Shown: positions 19,343 through 28,858, counted from the first letter of the stretch. The stretch is 64,000 bases of DNA from Thermoplasmata archaeon (GCA_015063285.1 SUST01000005.1:20063-84062); one strand, 5' to 3'. The notes: generated by a model from the sequence alone, not told the origin. Numbers and translations are program-made.

Positions 19343-19855
19343 TCAAAGGAAGGTGACGGTCTCATTCAGTGGTTTCCTGGAAGCATGCATCGGACCGGGC
19401 ATGCAGTCATCCGCGGGGTATCCGAGGGGGAGAAGGTTGTAGACTGTCTCGTCGTCAGGGAGGTTGAACGCCTCTTTGACCTTCTCGGGGTCGAACCAAC
19501 CTACCCAGCAGGTACCAAGTCCTAGGGCATGTGCCTGGAGCATCATCTCATCGGTGACGATGGCAGCATCGGTCTCTCCGCGGTTCAGTTTTGAGAAATG
19601 GCTGATCCATTCCAGTTCCTTCTTCATTGCGATGATGAGGACGATAGGAGCATCGAAATGCATGCACCATTCTTTGTCAAACTTCTTTCTCTGTTCCGGG
19701 GATTTGACCACATATACATGTTGACCTTGCATGTTCTTCGCGGTGGGGGCCAATCTTCCAGCCTCAAGTATCTTCTGAAGCTTCTCATCTTCGACGGGTT
19801 TGTTGCTGTATTTCCTGACCGAATATCTGGACTTGATCACGTCTTCGAATTGCAT
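19343..19855 (-). CDS. Nitroreductase family protein
   Basis: RYSVRKYS, APTAKNMQ, LGLGTCWVG, LPLGYP, RKPL. Confidence 0.92.
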   Translation of the reverse strand: MQFEDVIKSRYSVRKYSNKPVEDEKLQKILEAGRLAPTAKNMQGQHVYVVKSPEQRKKFDKEWCMHFDAPIVLIIAMKKELEWISHFSKLNRGETDAAIVTDEMMLQAHALGLGTCWVGWFDPEKVKEAFNLPDDETVYNLLPLGYPADDCMPGPMHASRKPLNETVTFL

Positions 19856-19909
19856 GAGGAGTTATCTGCAGTTCAGGATAAAATGCCATCTTCGTTACTG
19901 CAAGAACTG

Positions 19910-21250
19910 TCAGAATCTGGCTTCGATCAGTTTCTTGGCCGCTTCTACTACCTCTGCCGAGGAGTATTTTCCTCCGGTCTGCCTCATGACGTATCCGATG
20001 ACCTGGTTGGCAGCTTTGTCGTTCTTCTGGTAATCTGTGACGATCCTAGGGTTCTCATCCAGGAATCCGTTAATCAGTGTCTCCAATCCAGCGGAATCCT
20101 CCTGAGCAGCTGCAGCGTCTTGTCCGGTCATGTAGGATTTGATCTCAATGGCGCATTGGGTGTCGGTTATCTTGCCGTCGGCGAAGTCTTTGATGAGCTC
20201 TTTCAGTTTACCGAGGTCGGTCACGCCGCGTTCCTCCATAGCACGCCAGTTGGCGCTGATGGGGCCGCCTACCCATTTGATGGCGTTGGGTGTCCCGAAT
20301 TCCTTGGCGATATCCTCGAATAAGACTGCGAGATCCATAGAGGTGTTAACGAGCTGTTTCGCCATCTTAGGGTCGAGCTTGTACTGCGAGGTTATTCTCA
20401 GGATCATGTTCTGAGGACTCTCAGAGATCTTGATGGAATCGGCAAGTTCTTTGATGTGATAGACTCCAAGATCGGGTTCGTCGATGTAGCCGTACTGGTC
20501 CTCGAACTCCTTGACCCTCATGCTTATGGTCACATCCCTGTCGGGGTCGTATCTCCTGGTCTCCCTGACGATCTTCTTCTTGGCCTTGATCATGGCGATC
20601 TGCCTGACCATCTCCGAGTGGAGCGCCTTCTCGGCGTTCTTTAGACCGCTGACGTTCTTGATCTCCACCCTTTCCGTTCCGACGGAGATGTTGCAGTCGC
20701 ATTTGACCTCCCATTCAAGGTCGTCGGGGATGTTTAGCAAATGCCTGATGTCACCAATCATCTGGGTAAGGAACTGTCTGGCCTCGGCAGGGGTGGCGAT
20801 ATCGGGTTCTGTGACTATCTCTGCCAGCGGGATTCCCGATCTGTTGTAATCGACGAGGGATGTCAGGTCGGCGGTCCTCTTGGTGCTGCCGGGGTCTTCC
20901 TCGATATGGATCCTGGTGATCCTGATGGGCTTCTTCCCATCGAGGTAGTAGACTCCCCTCTCTCCGATGGGGTTGTCGTATTGTGTGATCTGGACGCTCT
21001 TGGACATGTCGGGGTAGAAGTATGTCTTCCTTGCGAACCATGTGGTGTCGTTGACCTCGCAGTTGAGCATTTTCGCTATCATGATTCCGTAGATCAGCAC
21101 CTGCTTGTTGAGGACAGGTCTGGATCCCGGCATCCCCAGGCATGTGGGGCACACATATGTGTTGGGGAATTCGCAGTCTGCTGTGGGGCAGGAGCAGAAC
21201 ATCTTCGATTTGGTTGGGAGCTGCACATGGCATTCCAATCCGATCTTCAT
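19910..21250 (-). CDS. gatB: Asp-tRNA(Asn)/Glu-tRNA(Gln) amidotransferase subunit B
   Basis: IGLECHVQL, CPTCLGMPG, RKTYFYPD, HIEEDPG, DYNRSGIPLAEIVTEPD. Confidence 0.95.
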   Translation of the reverse strand: MKIGLECHVQLPTKSKMFCSCPTADCEFPNTYVCPTCLGMPGSRPVLNKQVLIYGIMIAKMLNCEVNDTTWFARKTYFYPDMSKSVQITQYDNPIGERGVYYLDGKKPIRITRIHIEEDPGSTKRTADLTSLVDYNRSGIPLAEIVTEPDIATPAEARQFLTQMIGDIRHLLNIPDDLEWEVKCDCNISVGTERVEIKNVSGLKNAEKALHSEMVRQIAMIKAKKKIVRETRRYDPDRDVTISMRVKEFEDQYGYIDEPDLGVYHIKELADSIKISESPQNMILRITSQYKLDPKMAKQLVNTSMDLAVLFEDIAKEFGTPNAIKWVGGPISANWRAMEERGVTDLGKLKELIKDFADGKITDTQCAIEIKSYMTGQDAAAAQEDSAGLETLINGFLDENPRIVTDYQKNDKAANQVIGYVMRQTGGKYSSAEVVEAAKKLIEARF

Positions 21251-22575
21251 ATGGACACCTCCGGTCTCTTCAGATCGAACTGCTTCTCCCAGTCCTCCGC
21301 TATCGAGAACAGGATGTCCTCGTTCCAGTGGTCGGCCACGAACTGCATCCCGACCGGCATACCTTCCGAATCGTATCCGCAGGGTACGGACAGGTGAGGG
21401 GTACCGGCGATGTTTGCGGGAACGGTGAGATAATCTGCTTTGTATGATTCCAGAGCGGACATCTTGGAGATGTCGTCGAATCTGGGTGCGGTGAATGGCA
21501 TTGTGGGGGCCAACACGGCGTCATGGGTTTCTAGGACCCTCTTGTAATCGTTTATGACGACCTGCCTGACCTCTCTGGCCTTGGCGTAATGCCTTCCTCC
21601 GAATCCGGCCATACGTGCGTAGGTTCCCAGCAGGATCCTCCTCTTCGCTTCGTCTCCGAAGTATTTGGAACGGACCTCTGTGAAATAGTCGTCGAATTTC
21701 AGGGAGTGGTCGCCTTCCTGGTGGCCGTATCTCATCCCGACATATCTTGCGAGGTTGGTGGATGCTTCGGATGTGGCCAGGATGTAGTAGGCGGGCATGG
21801 CGTATTTCAGCGAGGGCATGTCCACATAGTCCACATCGATTCCTATGCTCTTCAGTGCTTCAAGGGCATCCTTGAAGATCGATTCGACCTCTTTGGACAA
21901 TCCCTCGATGCCTTCTTTGGGCACGGCGACGGATTTCATCTTTCTGTAATCGGTCTTGAAATCTGGCTGGGCCATAGATGTCGGATCCCTTTCGTCCTTG
22001 CCGGCGATGATCTGCATGTACTTCTTGAGGTCAGTGGCCTTCTGGGAGAGCACACCTATCTTGTCCAATGAGTTACCGTAGTCGATCAGTCCGTGTCTGG
22101 ATACGCGTCCGTAGGTGGGTGCGATTCCGTAGACTCCGCAGAATGATGCGGGGCAGCAGATGGAACCTCCCGTGGAGACTCCGAGGGACATATGGTCCTC
22201 GATGACCGATGCCGCGCAGGCGGAACCTCCGGACGATCCTCCGCAGGCCCTGTTCAGGTCATAGGGGTTCCTCGGAATCTCGAATCCCGAGTTGGTGGAG
22301 AATGTACCAAAACCGAACTCGTCCATGTTGGTCTTTCCGACGAGTTTGCCTCCGGCCTCTCTGAGTTTGGAAATGCATGTAGCATCGAACACCGGGTGGT
22401 ATCCCTCGAGGATCCTGGATCCGGCGCAGGCCTCCATGTCGTAGGATGTGAGGTTATCTTTTGCTGAGAAGAGGAACTTGGCATCGCCTGCGACGATGTC
22501 GTCTGACATGGCGTGGAACATCTGATACTTGGCGTTGATGGCCTTCAGGTCCTTCATGACGCTATCCATGCTCAT
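21247..22575 (-). CDS. gatA: Amidotransferase subunit A
   Basis: GKTNMDEFG, GGSSGGS, STGGSICCPAS amidase signature, RRILLGT. Confidence 0.95.
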   Translation of the reverse strand: MSMDSVMKDLKAINAKYQMFHAMSDDIVAGDAKFLFSAKDNLTSYDMEACAGSRILEGYHPVFDATCISKLREAGGKLVGKTNMDEFGFGTFSTNSGFEIPRNPYDLNRACGGSSGGSACAASVIEDHMSLGVSTGGSICCPASFCGVYGIAPTYGRVSRHGLIDYGNSLDKIGVLSQKATDLKKYMQIIAGKDERDPTSMAQPDFKTDYRKMKSVAVPKEGIEGLSKEVESIFKDALEALKSIGIDVDYVDMPSLKYAMPAYYILATSEASTNLARYVGMRYGHQEGDHSLKFDDYFTEVRSKYFGDEAKRRILLGTYARMAGFGGRHYAKAREVRQVVINDYKRVLETHDAVLAPTMPFTAPRFDDISKMSALESYKADYLTVPANIAGTPHLSVPCGYDSEGMPVGMQFVADHWNEDILFSIAEDWEKQFDLKRPEVSI

Positions 22576-22844
22576 GACAGCCTGGGCCCCCTTACGTACC
22601 TGTCGTATGTGTCCATGTCCTTGAGGAGCTCATCCGCATCGTACTCGACCTTGGGCTCGTCCTCTCTGGTGATATCCTGCACCAGAATAGGATTCACTCC
22701 GCGCTCGCTGCACTCGGGTGCCTCGTTGAGCAACTCGAAGTAACTGAGGATGTCCCCGAGATCCTTGCAGTATCTCTCGGCCTCCTCGTCGGTCAGGGCC
22801 AAATGGGCGAACTTCGCCACGTCTCTAACGGTCTTCACATCCAT
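22572..22844 (-). CDS. gatC: Amidotransferase subunit C
   Basis: VAKFAHLAL...REDEP...YVRGPR; coupled to gatA. Confidence 0.9.
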   Translation of the reverse strand: MDVKTVRDVAKFAHLALTDEEAERYCKDLGDILSYFELLNEAPECSERGVNPILVQDITREDEPKVEYDADELLKDMDTYDRYVRGPRLS

Positions 22845-22886
22845 AACTAGACCTTCGGCGGTCTATCGGACTTATAATAAAAAACA

Positions 22887-23465
22887 TTACGCGCGTTTTT
22901 TTACGAATACGAACCCGTAGAGAGTTATCCTCCCTTCCTTGAAGGAGAATGACTCGCCGAAACTCTCGAAATACTTCTGCAGACCTATTCCGAGCGTGGA
23001 TACAGAGGGCATGAGCATGTCCGGGAACCTACAGGGTTCGGGGTAGGCGCATTTTCCGCAGTACAGGCAAGGTCCATCCATGAACCCTTGGCATTTTTCG
23101 CCGTTGTCCCTGAGCTTCATGACGAATCTCCTGATTCCGCGCTGCATATCTTCTGTGACCTCATGGAGGAGTTCGGCATCATGGTAATCTATCTCGAAGA
23201 CACGGCTGATGATGACGACGTAGTCCATCTCCCTGTAGAATGCAGGAACGTCCCTTTTCGCACCTGGATTGCAGCCCCAGTTCGTATCGAAGGTGCCGCA
23301 TTTGTTCTCCTTGCATTTGCTGAACGCGATATCGTAGCTCTCCTGTTCGTATTCAGGGACAGGGGCCTTGATGATCCTGTAGTTCTCGAAATCTTTGAGG
23401 CTTGCGACGGACTTCCATGTCTCCATGATGAAAATATCGGCATACTTACCATAAAAAGGGTTCAT
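22887..23465 (-). CDS. DUF2284 family predicted metal-binding protein
   Basis: Cys clusters CKENKCGTFDTNWGCNP and GPCLYCGKCAYPEPCRFP...PSVSTLGI. Confidence 0.75.
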   Translation of the reverse strand: MNPFYGKYADIFIMETWKSVASLKDFENYRIIKAPVPEYEQESYDIAFSKCKENKCGTFDTNWGCNPGAKRDVPAFYREMDYVVIISRVFEIDYHDAELLHEVTEDMQRGIRRFVMKLRDNGEKCQGFMDGPCLYCGKCAYPEPCRFPDMLMPSVSTLGIGLQKYFESFGESFSFKEGRITLYGFVFVKKRA

Positions 23466-23606
23466 ACGGTTTGTCTTAAGAATTGTTAATAGAAGGTAAT
23501 GGGCAGAGTTGAGCGATCGTCAACGGACAGCACTTTGGGTTTCAGAAGTTCATATACTGCCTTTTTTCCCGAAAGACCTTTATTATGTGGACGTTTAGAA
23601 CATCGC

Positions 23607-24122
23607 ATGGCAGCAGCTGCTACACCCGAGAAACAACTCGCCGCAGGAATGAAGGCGATGGAAGAAGGAGACTTCAAGAAGGCATATTCGTCTTTCAAGA
23701 AGCTTGTGGTCGAGTTCCCTGACAACGCAGAGTGTTGGTTCTACAAGGCCGAATGCGGGAACTACGCATCAGGAATGTTCGGGGCCAAGGCGGATGTGGA
23801 CGAGATCATCGATGCTTACAAGAAGGCAATGGAGCTCGATCCCGAGCGCGCAGATTACTATCAGGCATACGGTTTGTTCTGCATCTCCGTACAGAAGTAT
23901 GATGAGGCTGAGAAGGCATATTGCGAAGCAGCGGAGATCGACGAATCCCTGTCATCGTCTCTCTACTCAGAGTTCGCCATTGAATACTTCAACAACGTCA
24001 TGGCGCAGTACGGTGAGATCATGGAGGATCCCAAAGCCCGTGCGCCTTATGCGAAGAAGGCACTCCAGTATATGCTGAAGGCATTGGATCTGGATGCCGA
24101 AGAAGCCAAATCCCTTCTGTGA
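23607..24122 (+). CDS. Tetratricopeptide repeat protein
   Basis: TPR-like helices (AECWFYKAE, YKKAMELDPERADYYQAYG); start moved to ATG 23607. Confidence 0.75.
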   Translation: MAAAATPEKQLAAGMKAMEEGDFKKAYSSFKKLVVEFPDNAECWFYKAECGNYASGMFGAKADVDEIIDAYKKAMELDPERADYYQAYGLFCISVQKYDEAEKAYCEAAEIDESLSSSLYSEFAIEYFNNVMAQYGEIMEDPKARAPYAKKALQYMLKALDLDAEEAKSLL

Positions 24123-24161
24123 TTCAAAATCATTCAAAAAATGCGGGGAAATCCCCGCATT

Positions 24162-24614
24162 TCAATCTTTGCTTTCTGCCGAAAACTGTCCGAGGATCTC
24201 GTACAGGAGGTCGTGAAGCAGTTTTCCCTTTTCCGGAGACAGATTTACGCACGATGCCATTCTTCCAGGTACGCTGAGTGCTCTGTCGCGCAGCTCCATT
24301 CCTTTTGGAGTGACGGATACTATGAGTGTCCTCTCATCCTCTTTGGAACGGTTGCGTGTAACATAACCCTTGGATTCAAGGTTTTTTAGCATTGGAGAGA
24401 GTGTCCCCGAATCGAGGAAGAGTCTGTCCCCCAGGCTGTTGACCGACGACGATCCCTGCTCCCAAAGAACCATCATCGCGATGTATTGGGTGTAGGTAAT
24501 ATCAAGTTCGTCTAGCATCGGACGGTAACGCCTGACGATCTCCTTTGCACAGGCGTACAGCGGGAAGCAGACCTGGTTCTCCAGTTTCAGGCAGGCGTAT
24601 GGATCCTCGGTCAT
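24162..24614 (-). CDS. ohrR: MarR/OhrR family transcriptional regulator
   Basis: LKLENQVCFPLYA (OhrR Cys motif), LDSGTLSPMLK, RNRSKEDER. Confidence 0.85.
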   Translation of the reverse strand: MTEDPYACLKLENQVCFPLYACAKEIVRRYRPMLDELDITYTQYIAMMVLWEQGSSSVNSLGDRLFLDSGTLSPMLKNLESKGYVTRNRSKEDERTLIVSVTPKGMELRDRALSVPGRMASCVNLSPEKGKLLHDLLYEILGQFSAESKD

Positions 24615-24617
24615 GGT

Positions 24618-25091
24618 TCAGAGCAACCCTTTGATGTCTTTCTCGATCTTCTCGGGAGTCTCGGTGGGACCGTAGCGGTCGACTACATTTCCTTCGCGGT
24701 CGACGAGGAACTTGGTGAAATTCCACTTGATCTTCTTACCGAGCATGCTGCCCTTCTGAGATTTCAGGTAGGTGTACAGAGGTGCTTCATTGTCTCCGTT
24801 GACCTCAATCTTCGAGAACTGGCGGAAGGTAGTGTTGTATTTCATCTGGCAGAATTCGACGATCTCTTCATCGGATCCCGGTGCCTGGTTGCCGAACTGG
24901 TTGCAGGGGAAGTCGAGGATCTCGAATCCATCCTTCTGATAGGTGTCGTACAGTTTCTGGAGTCCTTCGTACTGAGGGGTGAAACCGCATCCGGTAGCGG
25001 TGTTGACTATGAGCAGTACTTTTCCCTTGTATTCGGAGAGGCTGACGTCCTCTCCTTTCGCGTCTTTCATCGTGTAGTCGTATATTCCCGT
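24618..25091 (-). CDS. btuE: Glutathione peroxidase family (Cys-type) peroxiredoxin
   Basis: [37 protein letters not shown]; in-frame conserved GIYDYT extension back to ACG at 25091 (first ATG at 25070). Confidence 0.9.
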   Translation of the reverse strand, partial: TGIYDYTMKDAKGEDVSLSEYKGKVLLIVNTATGCGFTPQYEGLQKLYDTYQKDGFEILDFPCNQFGNQAPGSDEEIVEFCQMKYNTTFRQFSKIEVNGDNEAPLYTYLKSQKGSMLGKKIKWNFTKFLVDREGNVVDRYGPTETPEKIEKDIKGLL

Positions 25092-25202
25092 AATACCACC
25101 TTAATTTGATACAATTATATTGTATACAATTTAATTATTTAAACCTAATGAAATGGAGAAAAACCGAAGAAGAAGAGGTTTGGAAAGGGATTTGATGTGT
25201 GA

Positions 25203-26177
25203 TCAGTAGTATGGAGGCTGCTGCTGGTAGGGGTCCTGCTGCATGTTTGCGGGGACGCGGATTCCCATCCAGGTGAACAGGCTGCATTGGAACATGGTAA
25301 CGTGCTGAACGTTGGATCTCACATATTTGTTCATCACCAGGGATGCGGCGACACCGAGTACGATTGCTGCAACTCCCAGTACGATGATCAGGATGAAGTT
25401 TCCATTGTCCACATACGGGGCCAGTCCCTTGTTGATCATCGGTAGTGCTGCCGTGAGGATCGTACACACTCCGGATACGACCGAGAACATTGGTATGAAT
25501 ATGCTAACCACTCCGATGCCGATCGAGAGGATACCAAAAATCAGGATGAACAGTCCGTTCTTATCCCCGATTCCGAAAGAGATGAGTGTCTGCAGCGAGT
25601 CTGTGTCTGGATTGTTGATCAGTCCGATTGCGCAGATTGCTACAACCGTCATAACGAATGCACCTATCGACATCACCATTCCTACGAAACGGAGATTCTT
25701 GTTGTTGTTGGGTGCTCCGTAAAGGTAGGTCATAGGCAGTTTCTGCCCGGGCTGGTTAGGATAGGGTGCCGCCCCGTAAGGCTGTTGGCCATACATGGGT
25801 TGCTGATATTGCTGGGGAGGAGCCTGTTGGTAAGGCTGATATTGCTGCTGGTACGGGTCTTGTGGTTGTGCAGACTGGTAAGGCTGTTGTTGATATGGCT
25901 GTTGCATTGGAGCCTGCTGATACGGTTGCTGTTGCTGGTAAGGCTGTTGGTCGTATGTAGGCTGCTGATACGGTTGCTGTTGCTGCTGGACAGGGGGTGC
26001 CTGACTGTAATAATTCGCATTGGGGTCGTATGCTCCGATGCGTTCCACCTCGTTGTTAACGGTTGGGTTGTTTCCCATCTGAGGTTCTACAGGTGCAGGC
26101 GGCAGTTCAGCCCCGCAGTTGAAACAGAAACGATTTCCTGCCGGATTGTCTGATCCGCAATTACCGCAGAATGTCAT
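25203..26177 (-). CDS. Zinc-ribbon membrane protein with Gln/Pro/Tyr-rich linker
   Basis: CGNCGSDNPAGNRFCFNCGAEL ribbon, QQPYQQ repeats, about 4 C-terminal TM helices. Confidence 0.8.
   Translation of the reverse strand: MTFCGNCGSDNPAGNRFCFNCGAELPPAPVEPQMGNNPTVNNEVERIGAYDPNANYYSQAPPVQQQQQPYQQPTYDQQPYQQQQPYQQAPMQQPYQQQPYQSAQPQDPYQQQYQPYQQAPPQQYQQPMYGQQPYGAAPYPNQPGQKLPMTYLYGAPNNNKNLRFVGMVMSIGAFVMTVVAICAIGLINNPDTDSLQTLISFGIGDKNGLFILIFGILSIGIGVVSIFIPMFSVVSGVCTILTAALPMINKGLAPYVDNGNFILIIVLGVAAIVLGVAASLVMNKYVRSNVQHVTMFQCSLFTWMGIRVPANMQQDPYQQQPPYY
25780..26000 (-). repeat. Low-complexity coding repeat (QQPYQQ units)
   Basis: Repeated tacggttgctg/gctgttg units encoding QQPYQQ. Confidence 0.75.
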
Positions 26178-26256
26178 TATGAATCCTCTGATTCCCCCAT
26201 TATTAACGCGTTATAATAATTATTGGGAATCGTGATTTCCGTGATCTGCAGATGAT

Positions 26257-26517
26257 TCAGTTCGATACGGTATTATCTTTTTCCACAGAGAGGATGATGA
26301 CACGGTCCCCGTCCTCGATGCAGTACAGATTGTACCTGCCTACGCTGTACATCAGATAATCCTGGAGGTCCCCATGGAGCCTTGTCGCGAAGGAAACGGG
26401 GTTGCAGCATCCCTGCAGATGTGAGACGATCCATCCCATGATGTCGGTCACATCCTCCTTCGTTAGGTTATCTAGCTGACCTTTCGCTCTTTTGGATATG
26501 TGGACATCACAGATCAT
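26257..26517 (-). CDS. RelE/ParE-like toxin fold, degenerate
   Basis: HISKRAKGQLDNL...WIVSHLQGCCNP...LHGDLQDY.MYSVGRYNLYC...VIILSV aligns with the RelE/StbE pattern; directly downstream of antitoxin-like gene. Confidence 0.65.
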   Translation of the reverse strand: MICDVHISKRAKGQLDNLTKEDVTDIMGWIVSHLQGCCNPVSFATRLHGDLQDYLMYSVGRYNLYCIEDGDRVIILSVEKDNTVSN

Positions 26518-27085
26518 AGCCGTTCATCACCTCCTCCAGAGTGTATGTGGTCTGATCGTTCGCGAAGACGTTGTAAGCATTGTCGGCTGATTTCCTGGCG
26601 AATTCCATCCTGAGTTTTTCCATGGCCGCCTTCTTCATGAAATCTTCGACGGTCGTTTTGTTGAACTGTGCGTAAGCGGATAGGAGTGCCGATTCATGTT
26701 TGGAAATGTGAACGGTGAATGCCTCAGTATCTTCTTTGGGTTTCTCTGTTTGAGGAGCGGGTGTCTCCTGGGGCTTTTCGACAAAGTTAGCAGACTGATA
26801 GCTCTGAATCGGAGAGGGCTGTGCAGGCTGGTATGGTTGCTGATATCCCTGCGGTTGCTGCTGGACTGGAGGTTCTTGGCGGTACACATACTGTGCGGGC
26901 GCCTGATTCTGGTAATTAGGCTGAACCTGATTGGGTCCAGGATAGTATTGGCCTCCCTGTGCCCCGTTCTGGGGGTAGTATGCGTTCCCCGGCGCCTGGT
27001 TGTATATGTCGAGTTCTGCTCCGCATCTTTGGCAGAAGCGGTTGCCAGGCATGTTGTCCAAACCACAGTTCCTACAGTATGACAT
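26507..27085 (-). CDS. Zinc-ribbon + Q/P linker fused to RelB/DUF6290-like RHH antitoxin domain
   Basis: MSYCRNCGLDNMPGNRFCQRCGAEL; C-terminus FTVHISKHESALLSAYAQFNKTTVEDFMKKAAMEKL...TYTLEEV; start placed at ATG 27085. Confidence 0.7.
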   Translation of the reverse strand: MSYCRNCGLDNMPGNRFCQRCGAELDIYNQAPGNAYYPQNGAQGGQYYPGPNQVQPNYQNQAPAQYVYRQEPPVQQQPQGYQQPYQPAQPSPIQSYQSANFVEKPQETPAPQTEKPKEDTEAFTVHISKHESALLSAYAQFNKTTVEDFMKKAAMEKLRMEFARKSADNAYNVFANDQTTYTLEEVMNGYDL

Positions 27086-27181
27086 GTTACCAGTCTCTCC
27101 GACCTTAAGGCAGGATATAAACCTTGTTAGGATTCGTTTCACAAAAATGCAAACATTTTCATTCGAAATTGAAAAAAAAGA

Positions 27182-27259
27182 TGGTAGCGAGGAGTCGATT
27201 TGAACGACCGGTCTCCGGGTTATGAGCCCGACGGGATATCCTGGCTACCCCACCTCGCT
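27182..27259 (-). tRNA. tRNA-Met (initiator), anticodon CAT, CCA encoded
   Basis: AGCGAGGTGGGGTAGCCAGGATATCCCGTCGGGCTCATAACCCGGAGACCGGTCGTTCAAATCGACTCCTCGCTACCA: A1-U72 pair and three G-C pairs in the anticodon stem. Confidence 0.95.
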
Positions 27260-27337
27260 ATAACCAACTCTAAGTAAGTGTATTATAAAACGTTTTTGTG
27301 AGTCCAATTTCTAAAAGGTATGCGCGTTCCGAATGCA

Positions 27338-28858
27338 TCACACAGGGATCTGTCTGTCCATCTGGATTGTGGATTCCGTTATGTTCTCCATTGTTTCGAA
27401 ATAATCTATGAAAGCCTGGAGCGAATCCCCGCAGACGGTATATTCGAGACCGATGAACGTGTTGTTCCCATCTCCGCCCGTTGCTATGAAGTCGGTGGTC
27501 ACCAAGGAGAATTTGTCATCGTCTCCTACGGTTTTTCCTTTCACTTCAATGGAAACGACGCGGGATCCCGGCTCTTTCGTTGCATCGTATTTCACGGTCA
27601 TCCCTGAAATTTGTATGAAGCCGCCGAACACCTCTCCTAGATGGCTGTAGGAGAACTCCATAAGGTTTCTGAGGTCCTTTCCTGTGACCTCCAGCAGCCA
27701 AAGTGTATTCAGGAACGGGTTGACATCATAGGCATCATGGACTATGACGTCCCCCGGTTCTATGCTGATGCGGATCGCTCCACCGTTTATTATCCCGATG
27801 TCCGCACCACTGGCTAAGCGGAGAGTATCCGCAACCAGGTCGCCCAGATTTGTCTCCTTGGTCCTGACGTCTCCACGTTCTCCGTTAAGGAATATGTCGG
27901 TGTGGCCGATCTTACCCTTGAGGATCTCTTCGATCTTATCCTTTTCAATCTCAATCGCATCATCGACGACCTTGACATCGATCTTCTCTCCCCTGTACAG
28001 CTCGGCGGTTATCTCGCCGCTGGTTACCGTGACCATCCCGACATATGTGTTATTGCATCCTGTGCTAGCTATCGTGGTGTCGCTCGGGATGAGATCGATG
28101 CTGCCGTCGCAGACCTTGCCATATTCCATTTCCGTATGGCTGTGGCCATCGATGAAGAGGTCGATACCGTCAACTCTGCTGCATATTTCATCGGAATTCA
28201 CCGTGGAGCTTCTATCTACACCGATATGCCCGAGGGCAACGATGAAATCCACATCCATATCGTTGAGAATGTCGATCATGCGTTCGGATGCCTCGAACGG
28301 ATCGGTGACCACACTGTCCCCCATGCATCCTGCTTTGACATCTCTCTCGGTATCAGGCGTCAGAAGTCCGAAGAACCCGACCCTCTTACCGTTCTTCTCC
28401 AACACTATGTACTCGGGGAAGATGCTCTCGCCGCTGGACTTGTAAATCAGATTTGAGCAGATGATGGGGTAGTTCAGGTTGGATAGGTCCTCGAGCATGA
28501 CATCGATCGAGTAGTCGAATTCATGGTTGCCCGGTATGCCCACATCGTATCCGACGGTATTCATGACATTAATCGATGATTCCCCCAGGGACAGTGTTCC
28601 GTAGGCACTGCCCTGTATGAAGTCGCCAGCATCAACCAGGAATACGGTCTTGCCTTCAGCCTCGTTAGAGTCTTTGAGCGCTTTGACGGTCGAGAATCCG
28701 ACACCGCCCTCGTTACCATAATGGCAGTGGGTGTCGTTCGTGTGAATGATCATGAAATCGTCTGAATCGGATCCTTCTCCGTTATAGGCGATGAAAGAAG
28801 CGAAAAGTACGGCGATTACGCACACGGTCACAATAAGGGCGATTCTGGAATTCTTCAT
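27338..28858 (-). CDS. Secreted bifunctional metallophosphatase/5'-nucleotidase
   Basis: HTNDTH, DAGD, GNHEFD, GHSH motifs; C-terminal NGGAIR, DFIATGGDG; N-terminal TM. Confidence 0.92.
   Translation of the reverse strand: MKNSRIALIVTVCVIAVLFASFIAYNGEGSDSDDFMIIHTNDTHCHYGNEGGVGFSTVKALKDSNEAEGKTVFLVDAGDFIQGSAYGTLSLGESSINVMNTVGYDVGIPGNHEFDYSIDVMLEDLSNLNYPIICSNLIYKSSGESIFPEYIVLEKNGKRVGFFGLLTPDTERDVKAGCMGDSVVTDPFEASERMIDILNDMDVDFIVALGHIGVDRSSTVNSDEICSRVDGIDLFIDGHSHTEMEYGKVCDGSIDLIPSDTTIASTGCNNTYVGMVTVTSGEITAELYRGEKIDVKVVDDAIEIEKDKIEEILKGKIGHTDIFLNGERGDVRTKETNLGDLVADTLRLASGADIGIINGGAIRISIEPGDVIVHDAYDVNPFLNTLWLLEVTGKDLRNLMEFSYSHLGEVFGGFIQISGMTVKYDATKEPGSRVVSIEVKGKTVGDDDKFSLVTTDFIATGGDGNNTFIGLEYTVCGDSLQAFIDYFETMENITESTIQMDRQIPV

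Noticed and set aside
23499-23606. N-terminal extension of the TPR ORF given in the track
   Set aside because: Overlaps the AT-rich divergent promoter region; ATG 23607 gives a typical protein start.
25780-26000. Tandem DNA repeats as a non-coding repeat array
   Set aside because: Fully explained by Gln/Pro/Tyr low-complexity coding sequence.
27182-27259. tRNA-iMet as attachment site of an integrated element
   Set aside because: No duplicated tRNA 3' end and no integrase found downstream in the window; only the TA-like pair hints at past integration.
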